Shown piece after piece: positions 1 through 11,580 of a stretch of 64,000 nt of DNA. The position numbers were made by a program, and so were the translations under genes. Source of the stretch: Octopus bimaculoides (lineage: Eukaryota); contig NC_068984.1 in NCBI RefSeq assembly GCF_001194135.2, positions 3,846,192 through 3,910,191 of the forward strand. Direction: 5' to 3'. The notes under the pieces are model-generated. The model was not told where the DNA came from, made no database searches, and saw nothing but the letters and a program-made list of their open reading frames with translations. Position 1 is the first letter of the stretch; the number at the start of each line of letters is the position of its first letter.

Positions 1-1138
1 TTTAAAATATCGGGAATGTGATGACAAGTTATTGCTACAGTGCATACTTTCATCTAATTGGATTGTGTATGGTGGAGTTGGATTCAATAGAGTACAGATG
101 ACACAACGGGTCCACCTCTTGGCTGGTTTATCCAGTGCATTTATTGATTCAGCCATCTGTGATACATTCATATTTAGTTATATTGTGTCAAAATTCAAAT
201 ACAGTTGAAACTCTATTGTCAGTTAGTAAAATTTGTCTTGATTTACTGCAGATTTCATTCATCAGTGAAATAACAGCAAACACATTCATTTATTTTCTCT
301 CACTTTATGTAATATGGTGTTAATGGCATTAACAATAATAAAGCTAATGTCATACTTGAACTTTATGAAATACTTTTAATACTATTATTAGATTTTTGGT
401 TTAAATGAATTTTTAACAAATAAACATACAATTCTAAACATTAGAGATATTTTAATTTTTCTTTCATTCATCCGGGACTATATTTAGTTGCATCTATTTA
501 TCATTTGCTATAATTGCAATATATGTTAAAACCATCGCAAATTTCAGGAAGCAAAACAAAAAAAAAAGATGAAAATCTAAATAATAAAAAAAAAGTCAGT
601 GTTATTCTGCCATCATACATAGATGAATGCCTTTCAACACGTACATCCAATTAAAATCTATTATGGTGAGAGCCATAAATGGCAGGTAATAACATTAGTT
701 CTATTATAAATACAAACAATTCCATTAATGAAGCCTATGTTTTATAGAAACCATGCAGAAAAATAAGATCTTGTTTTTAACTGGTTCCACACAGAGAAAA
801 TGATATTACAAATGGTAAATTAAATAACTTATTAATACAAGATAACTCAGAGTGTATCATAAAAATAGGATTTTAAGTGGTTTATAATCACAGTTAATCT
901 TCCTTTTATCTGTTTCTTTCAACTTATCAACTAAGTGAAATCTGATGCAAACTTTGTCATTTACAAACTATTGAAACACACTCACACACATACATACACA
1001 TTTAGTGGATGCCAGGTACTATCATCAGACTGGTATGAAATCTATTTCTTAACAGGCCCTTAACAAAAATTTCAAAGTCAAAAAGTCAGTTTTGTAATGA
1101 TTGGGCAGAAAATAGTTAAAAATGAGTTTATTTATTTA

Positions 1139-1225
1139 AATGTTTATAGTGGTCAGATTACTGCAAAAATGTTTATAGTGGTCAGATTACTGCAAAAATG
1201 TTTATAGTGGTCAAATTGCTGCAAA
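1139..1225. repeat. Tandem repeat, 3 x 29 bp
   Basis: Unit AATGTTTATAGTGGTCAGATTACTGCAAA occurs twice exactly, plus a third copy with 2 substitutions. Confidence 0.9.
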
Positions 1226-2589
1226 AATTGCAAGTATCTAATGTAAGTAGTCATTTATGCTAAGAAGTAATGAGCCTGAGTGATAGTTAATTAATTACTA
1301 ATAAATGAAAATTAGATGATGAAAAAACATATGTCAGTAAGAAATTAAAATTGCAATTAGTAACAGAGATGCACATCACAAACAACAATGCAAACAAGAA
1401 GTGATTCCATTCATGCCGTTCCAGCTGGTATAAGATGGCACAGACAGGTAGGGTATTTTATGGATTTGTACCTCACAGGATGTTAAGATTTGAGTAAAAG
1501 AAAATACTCAATTGGTGGAATGGAATAACAGTTATTCGATGATGAGTTACACTCGGTAATGACGAGTTACTATTCAGCATTTTTGATCCTGTTACCAGTA
1601 AAAGCTTGAGTGTTGCTATTTACTCTGGACTGGAGCTTAACATGTCAAACGAACAAAAATTGCAATGACAAGCAATTTCTTCAATAGTGAGTCTGTGTAG
1701 GAAGCAGTTGGTGTGGACATGTGATATGACTGGATTGACATCCTCCAAGTACAATACAGAGTTGACGGTGGAGAGTAACCAGACAGAAATTAAGAACTTA
1801 GGAAAAAGAGTGAGGTTAACACTCCAGACAAGTCACTGCAAGGTTGTAAGGTATGGTGATAAGTTGTATTAAGGGCTTATCCAGATCATGCTAGTTTAGA
1901 GAAACATGATGATGATGATGATAATGATGATTATTAATCTCCAAAGATACTAAAACATTTGAGCAAGTTAAAAGTGACTCTGATAGTAAACAATCACTTT
2001 ACCAAAATCAGCAAGATGCTATCATTAATAGTACCAAAGACCTGACACTTAGATTAGCTTGGGCCACATTCTTACAAACAATTATCTGCTCAATTCCTTT
2101 CTCAAAAACACCAGTTAGTCACTCGAATATGAGAGGAGTGTTAAGTGTTTCAACCAGCCTACAAAGTATATAAACAATGGCATGTGGAATAGAATGCCTT
2201 GCTCAAGAAAATAATGTAGAGTCAGTTTATATGAACCTCTTAACAAGCAGCAGCAGCAGTAGCAGCAGCAGCAGTAGCAGTAGCAGACCACACACACAAA
2301 TACCATCTAATCATGCTTAGACATGACCATTTTCTAGCAGTTTGGTTTAAACATTGAACAATCTTGTCTTTTAAGGCCACTGAATGATTTGCCAGGCATT
2401 GTGACAAAGATGACCCAGGGCATGGGGATGCAGTAGACAATAGGAAGATGGTGAGGGGATGGTTAGTATGAAAATGGTTTCCAATTCTTTTACAGACTAA
2501 GCAAACAAAACCATCCTACATGCAGCAGCCACTTTATCTGGACTTGACTGTATTGGCTCATACACACACACACATACACACAATGTAAT

Positions 2590-2870
2590 GACATCCATCA
2601 GAAGGATACCCCCCCCCCCCCGGACAAAGAAATAAGAACCTACATTATGGTGGAAGCCATAGCCACTGATAATAAAAGGGAGTATTGGTGGAATGTCTCA
2701 GAGAAAATTTCAATAAAATGTATACACAACAGACCTGATATTATGATTTGGAATAGAGAAGAGAAACTGTGCACAGTTGTGGAAATTAGCTGCCCAGCGG
2801 ATGTTAACATGAAGCTGAAGATCAGGGAAAAAAGAGAATGCCTATGCCGAATTACTTTATCCTGATTACA
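2590..2870 (+). mobile_element. Fragment of RLE-type non-LTR retrotransposon (R2/R4/NeSL group), endonuclease domain
   Basis: ORF 2647-2865 reads YWWNVSEKISIKCIHNRPDIMIWNREEKLCTVVEISCPADVN, matching the RPD..(D/E)xxxP restriction-like endonuclease motif. It is interrupted by a SINE at about 2872. Confidence 0.7.
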
Positions 2871-2871
2871 T

Positions 2872-3140
2872 CACCATCATCATCACCGTTTAACATCTGT
2901 TTTCCATGCTGGCATGGGTTGGATGGTTCGACTGGGGTCTGGGAAGCTAGGAGGCTGCACCAGGCCCCAATCTGATCTGGCATTGCTTCTACAGCTGGAT
3001 GCCCTTCCTAACACCACCGGCACAGGGGCCAGGGGAGCTGGCATCAGCCATGATTGGATGGTGCTTTTTATGTGCCACTGGCACAGAAGCTGGTCAAGGC
3101 AGCACTGGCATCAGCCACGTTCAGATGGTGCTTTTTTTTA
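2872..3140 (-). mobile_element. SINE-like repeat with RTE-type 3' tail (family C), representative copy
   Basis: Hallmarks TTTCCATGCTGGCATGGGTTGGA and CTACAGCTGGATGCCCTTCCTAAC with a (GAT)n tail. Other copies at about 6550-6765, 8700-8910, 12165-12350, 14035-14250, 14920-15130, 17330-17515, 22880-23080, 33640-33790, 36915-37085, 48035-48260, 50090-50300 and 53785-53960. Confidence 0.85.
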
Positions 3141-3539
3141 TTGAGATCTTGTGATATGTAACACACTGCCTAAATATCAATATTGAAAAATTAGGTTTCT
3201 CAAAACCAGAAAGGAGAAAGCTGATTCAAAGAATACAGATCCAGTCCATCAGTGGAACTGTCAAAGTCTGTAAAACTTTTCAGAAGTTTATCATTTAAGC
3301 ATATATGAGCATGTCTAGATATGCAAATATTTGCATGAGAAGACATACATAAAACAAAACATATAAATCTGAACATATACATACATGCATACAAAAATAC
3401 CCTGTCGTTGATGTTGAAATTCCAATGAAGGAACCTTGGATCTATATTACAAACTGGCTCTTACTCTATTGGCGAGGAATCTTGAAATAAAACTGAATAA
3501 TGACTGACTGACTGACAGACAGACATACAGACCAACATA

Positions 3540-4826
3540 TTGGGTCAACTCATAAATAATGTGTTTTTTTTTTATACGTCTTTTATTTTTCAAAATTAAG
3601 ATAAACAAAGTTCTTTTTTAATCTAAAGCATACTCTCCTTCATTTTCTAGAATGTTCTTCCATCTATCTGGTAGAACTTCCAAGGCCCTTCTTCCAAAAT
3701 TCACTTGTCTGTGCTGAAAAATACTCATCCAGTACTGTTCAAACCTTGTCAACAGAATTCATATTTTTTCAGTCCAAATGACTGCAGAATAAGTGATAAT
3801 CAGATGGGGAAATGTCCGGCAAATATGGTGGGTGGGGCATTGTTTCCCATTCAAACTGCTCCAGCCTTTGGAATGTCATCCTCACTGCATGTGGCCGAGC
3901 ATTATCCTGATGGAAGAACACGTTTCATCTTGAAACCAAAGACGTTCATTTTTCTTCTAGCGCTGACTTAAGCCGCTCAAGCTATTCACAGTAGATCTCC
4001 TTTGTAATCATTTGGTTTGAGTTAAAAAGTTCAAAATGGACTAAACCTTTCATATCCCACCAAACAGGTAACAATGCCTTATGTGGGTGAAGATCTTCTT
4101 TAGCCTGGGGTGCCAGTGTTTCTCCTCTCCCAGTCTTCGGTGCTTGACATTTTTATAGAGTACCCATTTCTTGTCACCAGTCACTATTCATTTGATCCAA
4201 AAAAAAAAGGTTCATTCATGAGACATGACAGCAAAGAGGGCACACATTCACTCTCTGTGCAGGATTAGACCTGGAAACTCTGTGAGGAACCTATTACATT
4301 AACCCAATTTGCTGACTTTTCCGATGGCACACAGATGTCAATGAATGGTTGAATGACCAAATGCAAGCTTCTCTGCTAGTTCCTCAACAGTTACGATGGA
4401 ATTTTGTTCCACCAGTGTTTCCAGGACGTCCTCATCAAGCCCTACAGATCTTCCAGAACAAGGCTCATCTTCAAAGCTGTAGTTTCCGGCTCGGAATTTC
4501 TGGAACCACCGTTGACACTGGCTTATGCTTCTTGTCCAATCCTCATATACTGTATTAATATTCCTTGCACTTTCCATTGCGTTATTGCCTTTATTGAACA
4601 CATAAAGCAAAATATGCCAAATATGCTCCTTTGTCACTTCCATTATAGCTTTGAAAAAATGATTGTTAAAACTGAACTGCACTCTTCAAAACTTGCACTA
4701 AGAATAAGTACAAAGTAAAATTACTACCTGCTTTTATAGCAAGTTGATGCAAGTAGTTTATGCTGTTCCCTTTCGACTTTTAGTTCATACAATTGAAAAA
4801 ACTGCATTATTTATGGGAAGACCCAA
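3540..4826 (-). mobile_element. Full-length, decayed mariner DNA transposon (about 1.29 kb)
   Basis: Imperfect TIRs: TTGGGTCAACTCATAAATAATGTG at 3540 (TA before it) and TTGGGTCTTCCCATAAATAATGCAG as reverse complement ending at 4826. ORF 4338-4682(-) is a mariner HTH N-terminus (EHIWHILLYVFNKG...WFQKFRAGNYSFEDEPCSGR). A WETMPHPP-like motif lies near 3820-3860 on the minus strand. Confidence 0.92.
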
Positions 4827-5238
4827 AACATACATACATATGTAATTTAATACAAAGCTACAAAAGAGCTACTAATAGCTTCATGTTTAACGATACTTTA
4901 AATTAGTAGCTAGCTTTCTCTCAAGTACTACTTTAATCTTTATGTTCTCCAACGTTATTGACAGTTCAAAAACACATCAAGCTGTTACTGAAAAAAATAG
5001 ACATAGAAAAGTCATCAAGTCTTAGCCCAAACACTGTGTATGTACCAAACTCTGTGGAAAGATCCAAGTTCTTCAATCCATTTATTGACCATTTTATTTA
5101 TACTCATGTCTGGTTGCACTAAAGCTCTTTAAGTTCTTACCCACCAGCAGACGGCAGATTGATAGCTTTTACCTGTAACTTCTTTGACTGACAATGATGT
5201 TACCACATGAATCTAGACTTTGTATTCATTTTGCTTTT

Positions 5239-5310
<72 letters not shown>

Positions 5311-5974
5311 CTGTGTGTCCTCGTGTGTTTGCATAGTGTATGAGTGTGTATGCATGTACTTGTGTGCGTGTGTGCATGCATGTATGTGTTGTTTGTGTTT
5401 GTGTGGTGTCTGCGTGAGGTGAGTTAGTGAACAGTGTATACGCTTGCATGATATGTTTGTGTGTCGTCAAGGTGTGCATGTTTGTGTGGTGAGTGCATGT
5501 GTGTGTGTGTGTTGTAGATGATTTTGCAAATTTGAACATTTGTATGAATTGCAGGAGCAGGTGTTTCAGGAATGGATACCTAATCCTTAGACCAACCACA
5601 CAGTTGAGAATTTGGAATATCTAGATGTTTGTAGTATGAAAGAAAGAGAGAGTTAGTGCTACAACATGCCACGTCTACAGCAGGTTTTAAATCTATGATC
5701 AACCATTGCCTCTATTATACTTCATACACATATTTCACTATCATATTGCACTATTTTTGTCATTCCATCTATTTTCCATGCAACAATTTGTTGGACAGGT
5801 GTGCACAACCACCTACTTCACCTCAATTATTCAAATTTACCGAGTGTTTCTTGGTATATGTTTCCAATAAATAAGTAAATTTAATACTGAATTAATAATG
5901 AAACTGTATCGGTTCTTCTTCCTTTTCTCCACAATGCCCATTTCTTTTATACTACAGAAATACAAAACTGAGTC

Positions 5975-6240
5975 ACCACTGTTATCATCATCATCATCAT
6001 CAACATCATCAGTTAATGTCTATTTCTCCACCCCACCCCTATATTTGCAAAAGTTAGGTGGGTTGTTTCCAGCAGTGTTCAACCATTTGTTTGCTATGTT
6101 TTGTCATTTCCTTCATAAAATTCAACCTTTTAAATCAGCCTTCAACTCTACTTTTTCTCAGGTCTTCCTTAAACGTCCTCTGCCTCAGGTTTCATTCCAG
6201 CCAAGACCCTAGACTTGAACCACATGTCTCTACTGGTGCA
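5975..6240 (-). mobile_element. RTE LINE 3' fragment
   Basis: Minus strand gives GRGRLRKT..KADLK, similar to the RTE C-terminal GRPRKTW..DL motif, followed by a (GAT)n tail. Confidence 0.6.
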
Positions 6241-6349
6241 AAATTCCCTTTTGTACATTACTACTGTTTCCTTTTCTTTCAAGTTTTCTATCAGTTAATT
6301 TGCACTCTGTCCTTTGCATCCACCCCACACACACACATATAAAGTGCCA

Positions 6350-6530
6350 ATCTATCAAAGTGGATGGAACATGTGGAAGTGTTCCATTCACTCTGGAACA
6401 CATGGGATGAAGTACTGAAGAATGACCTCAGGATACTGAACCTTTCAGGCAAGATGCCAAAGGACCAAGATGCCTGGTGCCTTGCTGCACTCAAGAAGAC
6501 CCGTACTCTGCAGCAGAAGTGTTAAGACCG
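6350..6530 (+). mobile_element. RTE LINE C-terminal fragment
   Basis: Translates as WNTWDEVLKNDLRILNLSGKMPKDQDAWCLAALKKTR, typical of RTE ORF ends (TWDEV...DL...DR..W). Confidence 0.75.
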
Positions 6531-7065
6531 ATTCTTCTAGTAGCGTAAAGCACTCATAACGGTGCCATGTAATAGTGCCCATGCGGTACCACATAAAAGC
6601 ACCCAGCACACTTCGTAAAGTGGTTGGCATTAGGAAAGGCATCCAGCCATAGAAACCATGTCAAATCGGACTGGAGCCTGGTGCAGCTCCTCGGCTTGCC
6701 AGCTCTGGTAAAAGCATCCAACCCATGCCAGCATGGAAAACAGACATTAAATGATGATGATGATATATAGTAGAAATGATGTATACAAGTAGTTTTATGA
6801 CTGCTACTATTATGTTTAGAGCTCCACATAGATTTTCTTAACCCAGTCTGCTTTCTGTATAGTTAACTACTGCTCTGCCAGGTAGTATTACCAGTTATGA
6901 GCTACAGAGCAAATGTAGGAAACATAAGTGTAAACACAAGTTTATACTGAAGTAACTTGGGGCAACAAAGCATTCGCCAATGAAGTATGGTTGACTATGA
7001 GCATTCATTTGGAACTTTCATTGCAGGCCTCCAAACAACCATAATGGTGAAACACATGTACAAAC

Positions 7066-7571
7066 CAGGGCTGTGGAGTCGGAAACAATTAAGGGGTAAC
7101 TGGAGTCGGACTATACTGACTCTGATTCGCAATGTCTGGCAGAAACGTTAACACACAAGGCAGCGAGCTGGTAGAAACATTAGCATGCCAGGTGAAATGC
7201 TTAGTGGTATTTCGTCTGACTTTACATTCTGAGTTCAAATTCTGCCAAGGTTGACTTTGCCTTTCATCCTTTCCGGGTCGATAAATTAAGTACCAGTTGC
7301 ATACTGGGGTTGATCTAATTGACTGCCCCCACCAAAAAAAAAAAAAAAATTTCAGGCCTTGTGCTTAGAGTAGAAAAGAATATAAACCAGTTATAACATA
7401 AAGGCCTACTCAAAGTACAAGCGTATGCATATGCTTTATGAGATATGTAGACCACAATCAATTACATAAACATAAAGAGGAGTCGGAAGTACCTATAGTA
7501 GAGGAGTCAGCAGAGGTACCCATAGTAGAGGAGTCAGAGTTGAAGTTTTTTGTTTCGACTCCACAGCTCTG
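7066..7571. mobile_element. hAT-like MITE with nested SINE
   Basis: TIRs CAGGGCTGTGGAGTCG and CGACTCCACAGCTCTG. Flanks GTACAAAC (7058-7065) and GTAGAAAC (7572-7579) give an 8-bp TSD with 1 mismatch. Internal GGAGTC subterminal repeats are present. Confidence 0.75.
7168..7385 (+). mobile_element. tRNA-derived SINE family B (central GCCTTTCATCCTTT...GGTCGATAAA..AAGTACCAG domain), representative copy
   Basis: Head GGCAGCGAGCTGGTAGAA...GAGTTCAAATTC followed by the conserved central domain. Other copies at about 24370-24590(-), 31025-31240(+), 41647-41870(+), 46850-47040(-), 52560-52760(+), 53350-53500(-), 57280-57500(-), 59880-60030(+) and 60050-60270(+). Confidence 0.85.
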
Positions 7572-7864
7572 GTAGAAACTTACATATAAATGTCTGTTTA
7601 TCCATATCTTTCATATATTAGGCAATGAACTCCATTAGCATACATTTGTTTCTGCTTTAAGACGCAATATATTCATAGGTGAGTGCATCAACCTATAGCT
7701 TCCTCAGTGCTTCAAAAGTGAAGTGCACTTCATTTCTGAAGCTCCTAGGAAGCTATAAGGTGATACACAAGAACTCATCTGTGAGTACATTGCATCTTAT
7801 AGCAGAAACATATGTAAGCTAATGAGGTTAATGACATAATTTCTTGTCATTTATATAATCTTTT

Positions 7865-7904
<40 letters not shown>

Positions 7905-7914
7905 NNNNNNNNNN
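7905..7914. other. Assembly gap
   Basis: N run inside (TA)n. Confidence 1.
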
Positions 7915-7926
7915 ATATATATATAT

Positions 7927-7957
<31 letters not shown>

Positions 7958-9776
7958 TATCAAATGAATGTGTTATAAAACTATTCTGCACAAACAATAA
8001 CAGCCATACCAACAATCCAAGATACCCCCATCATCAGCTGCCCCACAGATATTGCTATGGTTTCCTCACCTGAGCAGTACCAACCAGTTGTTATAACTAC
8101 GTGTATACACAAATATCATGTAGATTGTATGAAAGACCAAATATTTATTTTTAATTAGCCAAAAATGTATAAATACACCATTTGAGAAAAAGAAAAATCA
8201 AGTAAATTGAAGCTAACCTAATATCTTCATAAATTAATAAAATAATTATAATTTAAATTAATATCTGCAATACTGAAAACATTGCAATAAATAAAATTTT
8301 CGGTTCTTAATAAAAACATAAAAGTACAGCATAAACAATAAAAGAAATGAAATGTGTCAAGGTTACACTAAAAGATTTTGAGAAAATAACTCAAAATCAA
8401 CAATTAAAACAATGACCTCAAATTATTCCTTCTGGTTGTTATTCAAAGTAGTAAAATGGTAATCTTTGCCTGGCAAATTTAGAACATTAATGGTAAACTG
8501 TTACTGATCTATTTTGGGGGCATCAGATCTGAAAGTCTGGACACAATGGGAATTGATAACAGAACCATCAGATAAGCTGTTTGCTAGACTAACTCACCCT
8601 TTTCTGATCAAATAGTTTTATTAAATCAAAGGCCAATTTTCCTAACAGGAGACCTAATGAAGTGAATGGAACTCAGTATATTACTGGTGCTTATTAAATA
8701 TGCAATGATTTGCCAGCCCCATGTAAAAAGCATATATGTACCAGCATCACATCACAAGCACTCATGCCAGTGCTACATACCCTATGTGAAGTGCTGGCAT
8801 TATGAAGGATATCCAGCTGTAGAAACCTTGCAAAAACAGATGACTGGAACCTGGTGCAGCCCTCCTGCTTACCAGTTCCTGCCAGACCGCCCAACCCATA
8901 AACTAGAAGATAGCAGTGTTGAATTAGCATCCAATTGTTGGATTAGGTGATAATGTTGATTTGTGGAAGGCAGATGATGGAAGCAATAGAATCAACAATG
9001 GTGGCACATTACCACCAACCACTTAGGGTCATCTGAAAGTTAAACCTTAGAAAATTGACGTGCAAAGTCGATTGAGGAGACAAACAATTTTGTGGTCTTT
9101 GGTTGCATTTCATAATATTCTGAGTTATCAAATCCCTGTGACAGATTACAGATCGTGCTCCACTATGGCCACATCTGATAGAATGAAACCAGTAAAGGAA
9201 CACTAGCTAGGCTTTGTATAGCATGGCAGTGGTGCTAATAGCAGGTGGAGGGGGAGGCCCTCTCATGACAACATCAATGAGATACAAATTAATGTTTGGT
9301 GAAGTAAGATGACAATATATTTTAAAGTTCAGTAAAAATCGTAGTATAACAAAGAACGGAACAGCAGTAGGGATTCTAGCTTGAGCAAGAGTGTTACAAG
9401 AAGAATTAACTTGACATCATCAATGAATTTCTATGTATAACAATGTAATGAGTGAAGGTCGACTTGACCTTTCATCTTTGGGCCAGGGGATGGGTGGAAC
9501 TGTTCAAGCTTCAGACAAGATTCCTTACTGCATTTGTTCTTGCCATTTGCATTCTGCTGACAATATCTTACGAGTGTATGTTTATGGTCAAGAAGCTCAC
9601 TATGCATTGTTTTAGGTTCAGTCCCACTGTGTGACACCTTGCTCAAGTCTTTGTCTGCTATAACCCCAGATCGACCAATGGCTTGTGAGTAAATCTGTAA
9701 GTAGAATGTGTATGAAACCCATCATGTGTATATATGATTATCGTCATTTAAAGCCTGCCTTCCATGCTGGCATGGG

Positions 9777-9822
<46 letters not shown>

Positions 9823-10329
9823 ATATAGGATAAATTCTTTATAAGAATTTATCAAGTAGTCAGCGTGAAAAAAACCTCATAATGGAAAAAATAATGAAAA
9901 AAATTTATCCTATATTATATTATAAATAATTAGAATATATTCAGTGCTGAATATTATTCTGTATAAGCACATGTTACTGAGATGCAACCGGATAAATTCA
10001 AATCTCTTTCATGGATATATAATTATGGACAGAAGTCATCGTACTGTGGTGGCTACATCGTGGTATGTTGATTCTTGTTTATTTTTATGTATCTTGACCA
10101 TATGAGTACTGATGAACAAAAGAATGCAGGTTACATCACAGTTTTTCTGTATTTGATTGAGAAACCAGTGGTCTACCGTAAAGTTAAATGTTTTTAAGAG
10201 ATAAATTTTGAAAGCTGCATTCCCTCGCTTTCAGTAAATATGTTGCTTATTTTTTGGTAGTTTTTAACTTATTTAGTCCCTCGAAGCGTGAGGAATTACT
10301 ACACAGTTAATGCCCTTTACATAAAATTT

Positions 10330-10444
<115 letters not shown>

Positions 10445-10840
10445 ATATATATCAATTAATAATTAATAATTTTTACCTTCATGGGTTTTTTATGCATGCT
10501 AAGCCACTGATATTATAAACAATATCCTCATGTGTGTGGGGGGAGGGGTGTTTCTCTTTGTTCCCCACCAGGTCTTGTAACATCTGTTTACATTCCTACA
10601 ACATAGTGGTTTGGCAAAAGGGTTTGACAGAATAAGTACCAAACTTTAAAAAAAAGCACTGGGGTCAATTTGTTCAACTAAATCTTTCAGGATAGTACCC
10701 CCCAGCAAGGGGGATGACTGCAGCCTAAATGACTGAGACAGGATAAAAGATAGAAGCAACCCCCCCCCCCCGGGCGAAGCCAGATAACTTTTGCTAATCA
10801 GGTGTTAGTTGCCTTTTGACCCCTCTATGATTAAGGCAGG

Positions 10841-10894
<54 letters not shown>

Positions 10895-10999
10895 GTATGT
10901 ACACACACACACACACACACATGTGAAGGGGACTATATTGGCCAGCTGAAATAAGCAAAATGGGACTGCTTAGGTTGGGGTTAAAGGGGACTAATATAC

Positions 11000-11580
11000 A
11001 AAGGGGGGGGGGAATAAAATTCAAGAAAAAGGAAATATATAAAAGGAATGGAAAAGGAAGAAAGTGAAAATTCAGAAAAAAAAAGTGGGAGTGATGGAGG
11101 GAGAGTAGGAGGAGGTGCAGTAAGAAGAGTTGGATAAAAGTAAATGAAAAAAAGGGTGTGATAAGGAATAAGAGAGGGAGGGAGGGGTGTGGACAATATG
11201 AATGAAAGGAGTTTGGCAGATGGGAAAGGAGGGAGAAAGAGAGAGAGAGAGAAGTGACATTGGAGATGATGACATGAGTGCAGTAGGTGTGGTTAGTGAC
11301 AATGTGATGGAGATGGGGGAGGGGAGAGAGAGGCTGAGGTAGATGCCTCCAGAGAAAAATGTAGGTCAGTTGAGTGTTAAGGGCTAGAGACAGAGTAGTA
11401 AGTAGCTGGCAGTAGGTAAGTTGGTTGGGTTAAAACAACCAATCAAGTGGAAGGATGGGAAGAGAAGAAAGTCTAGAACTGCAATGGGAATGAGTGTGGG
11501 GGGAGAAAGAAGGGGAGAGAGAGGGAAAGAGAGAGGGAAAGAGAGAGGGGGGAGATAATTATATGAGAGAGTTAGTCCCA
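11000..11580. repeat. Purine-rich low-complexity tract
   Basis: G/A-rich stretch; the minus-strand ORFs here are Pro/Ser/Leu-rich artefacts. Similar tracts at about 35720-36130, 49480-49850 and 56520-56940. Confidence 0.7.

Noticed and set aside
1-190. Minus-strand open frame of about 57 aa running off the window start
   Set aside because: Weak acceptor, no recognisable domain, and it cannot be evaluated at the edge.
5207-5599. Long ORFs rich in VC, HT, YI or poly-N/L/S (here and at many other microsatellites)
   Set aside because: These are translations of (CA)n, (TA)n, (TAA)n and (CAT)n repeats, not proteins.
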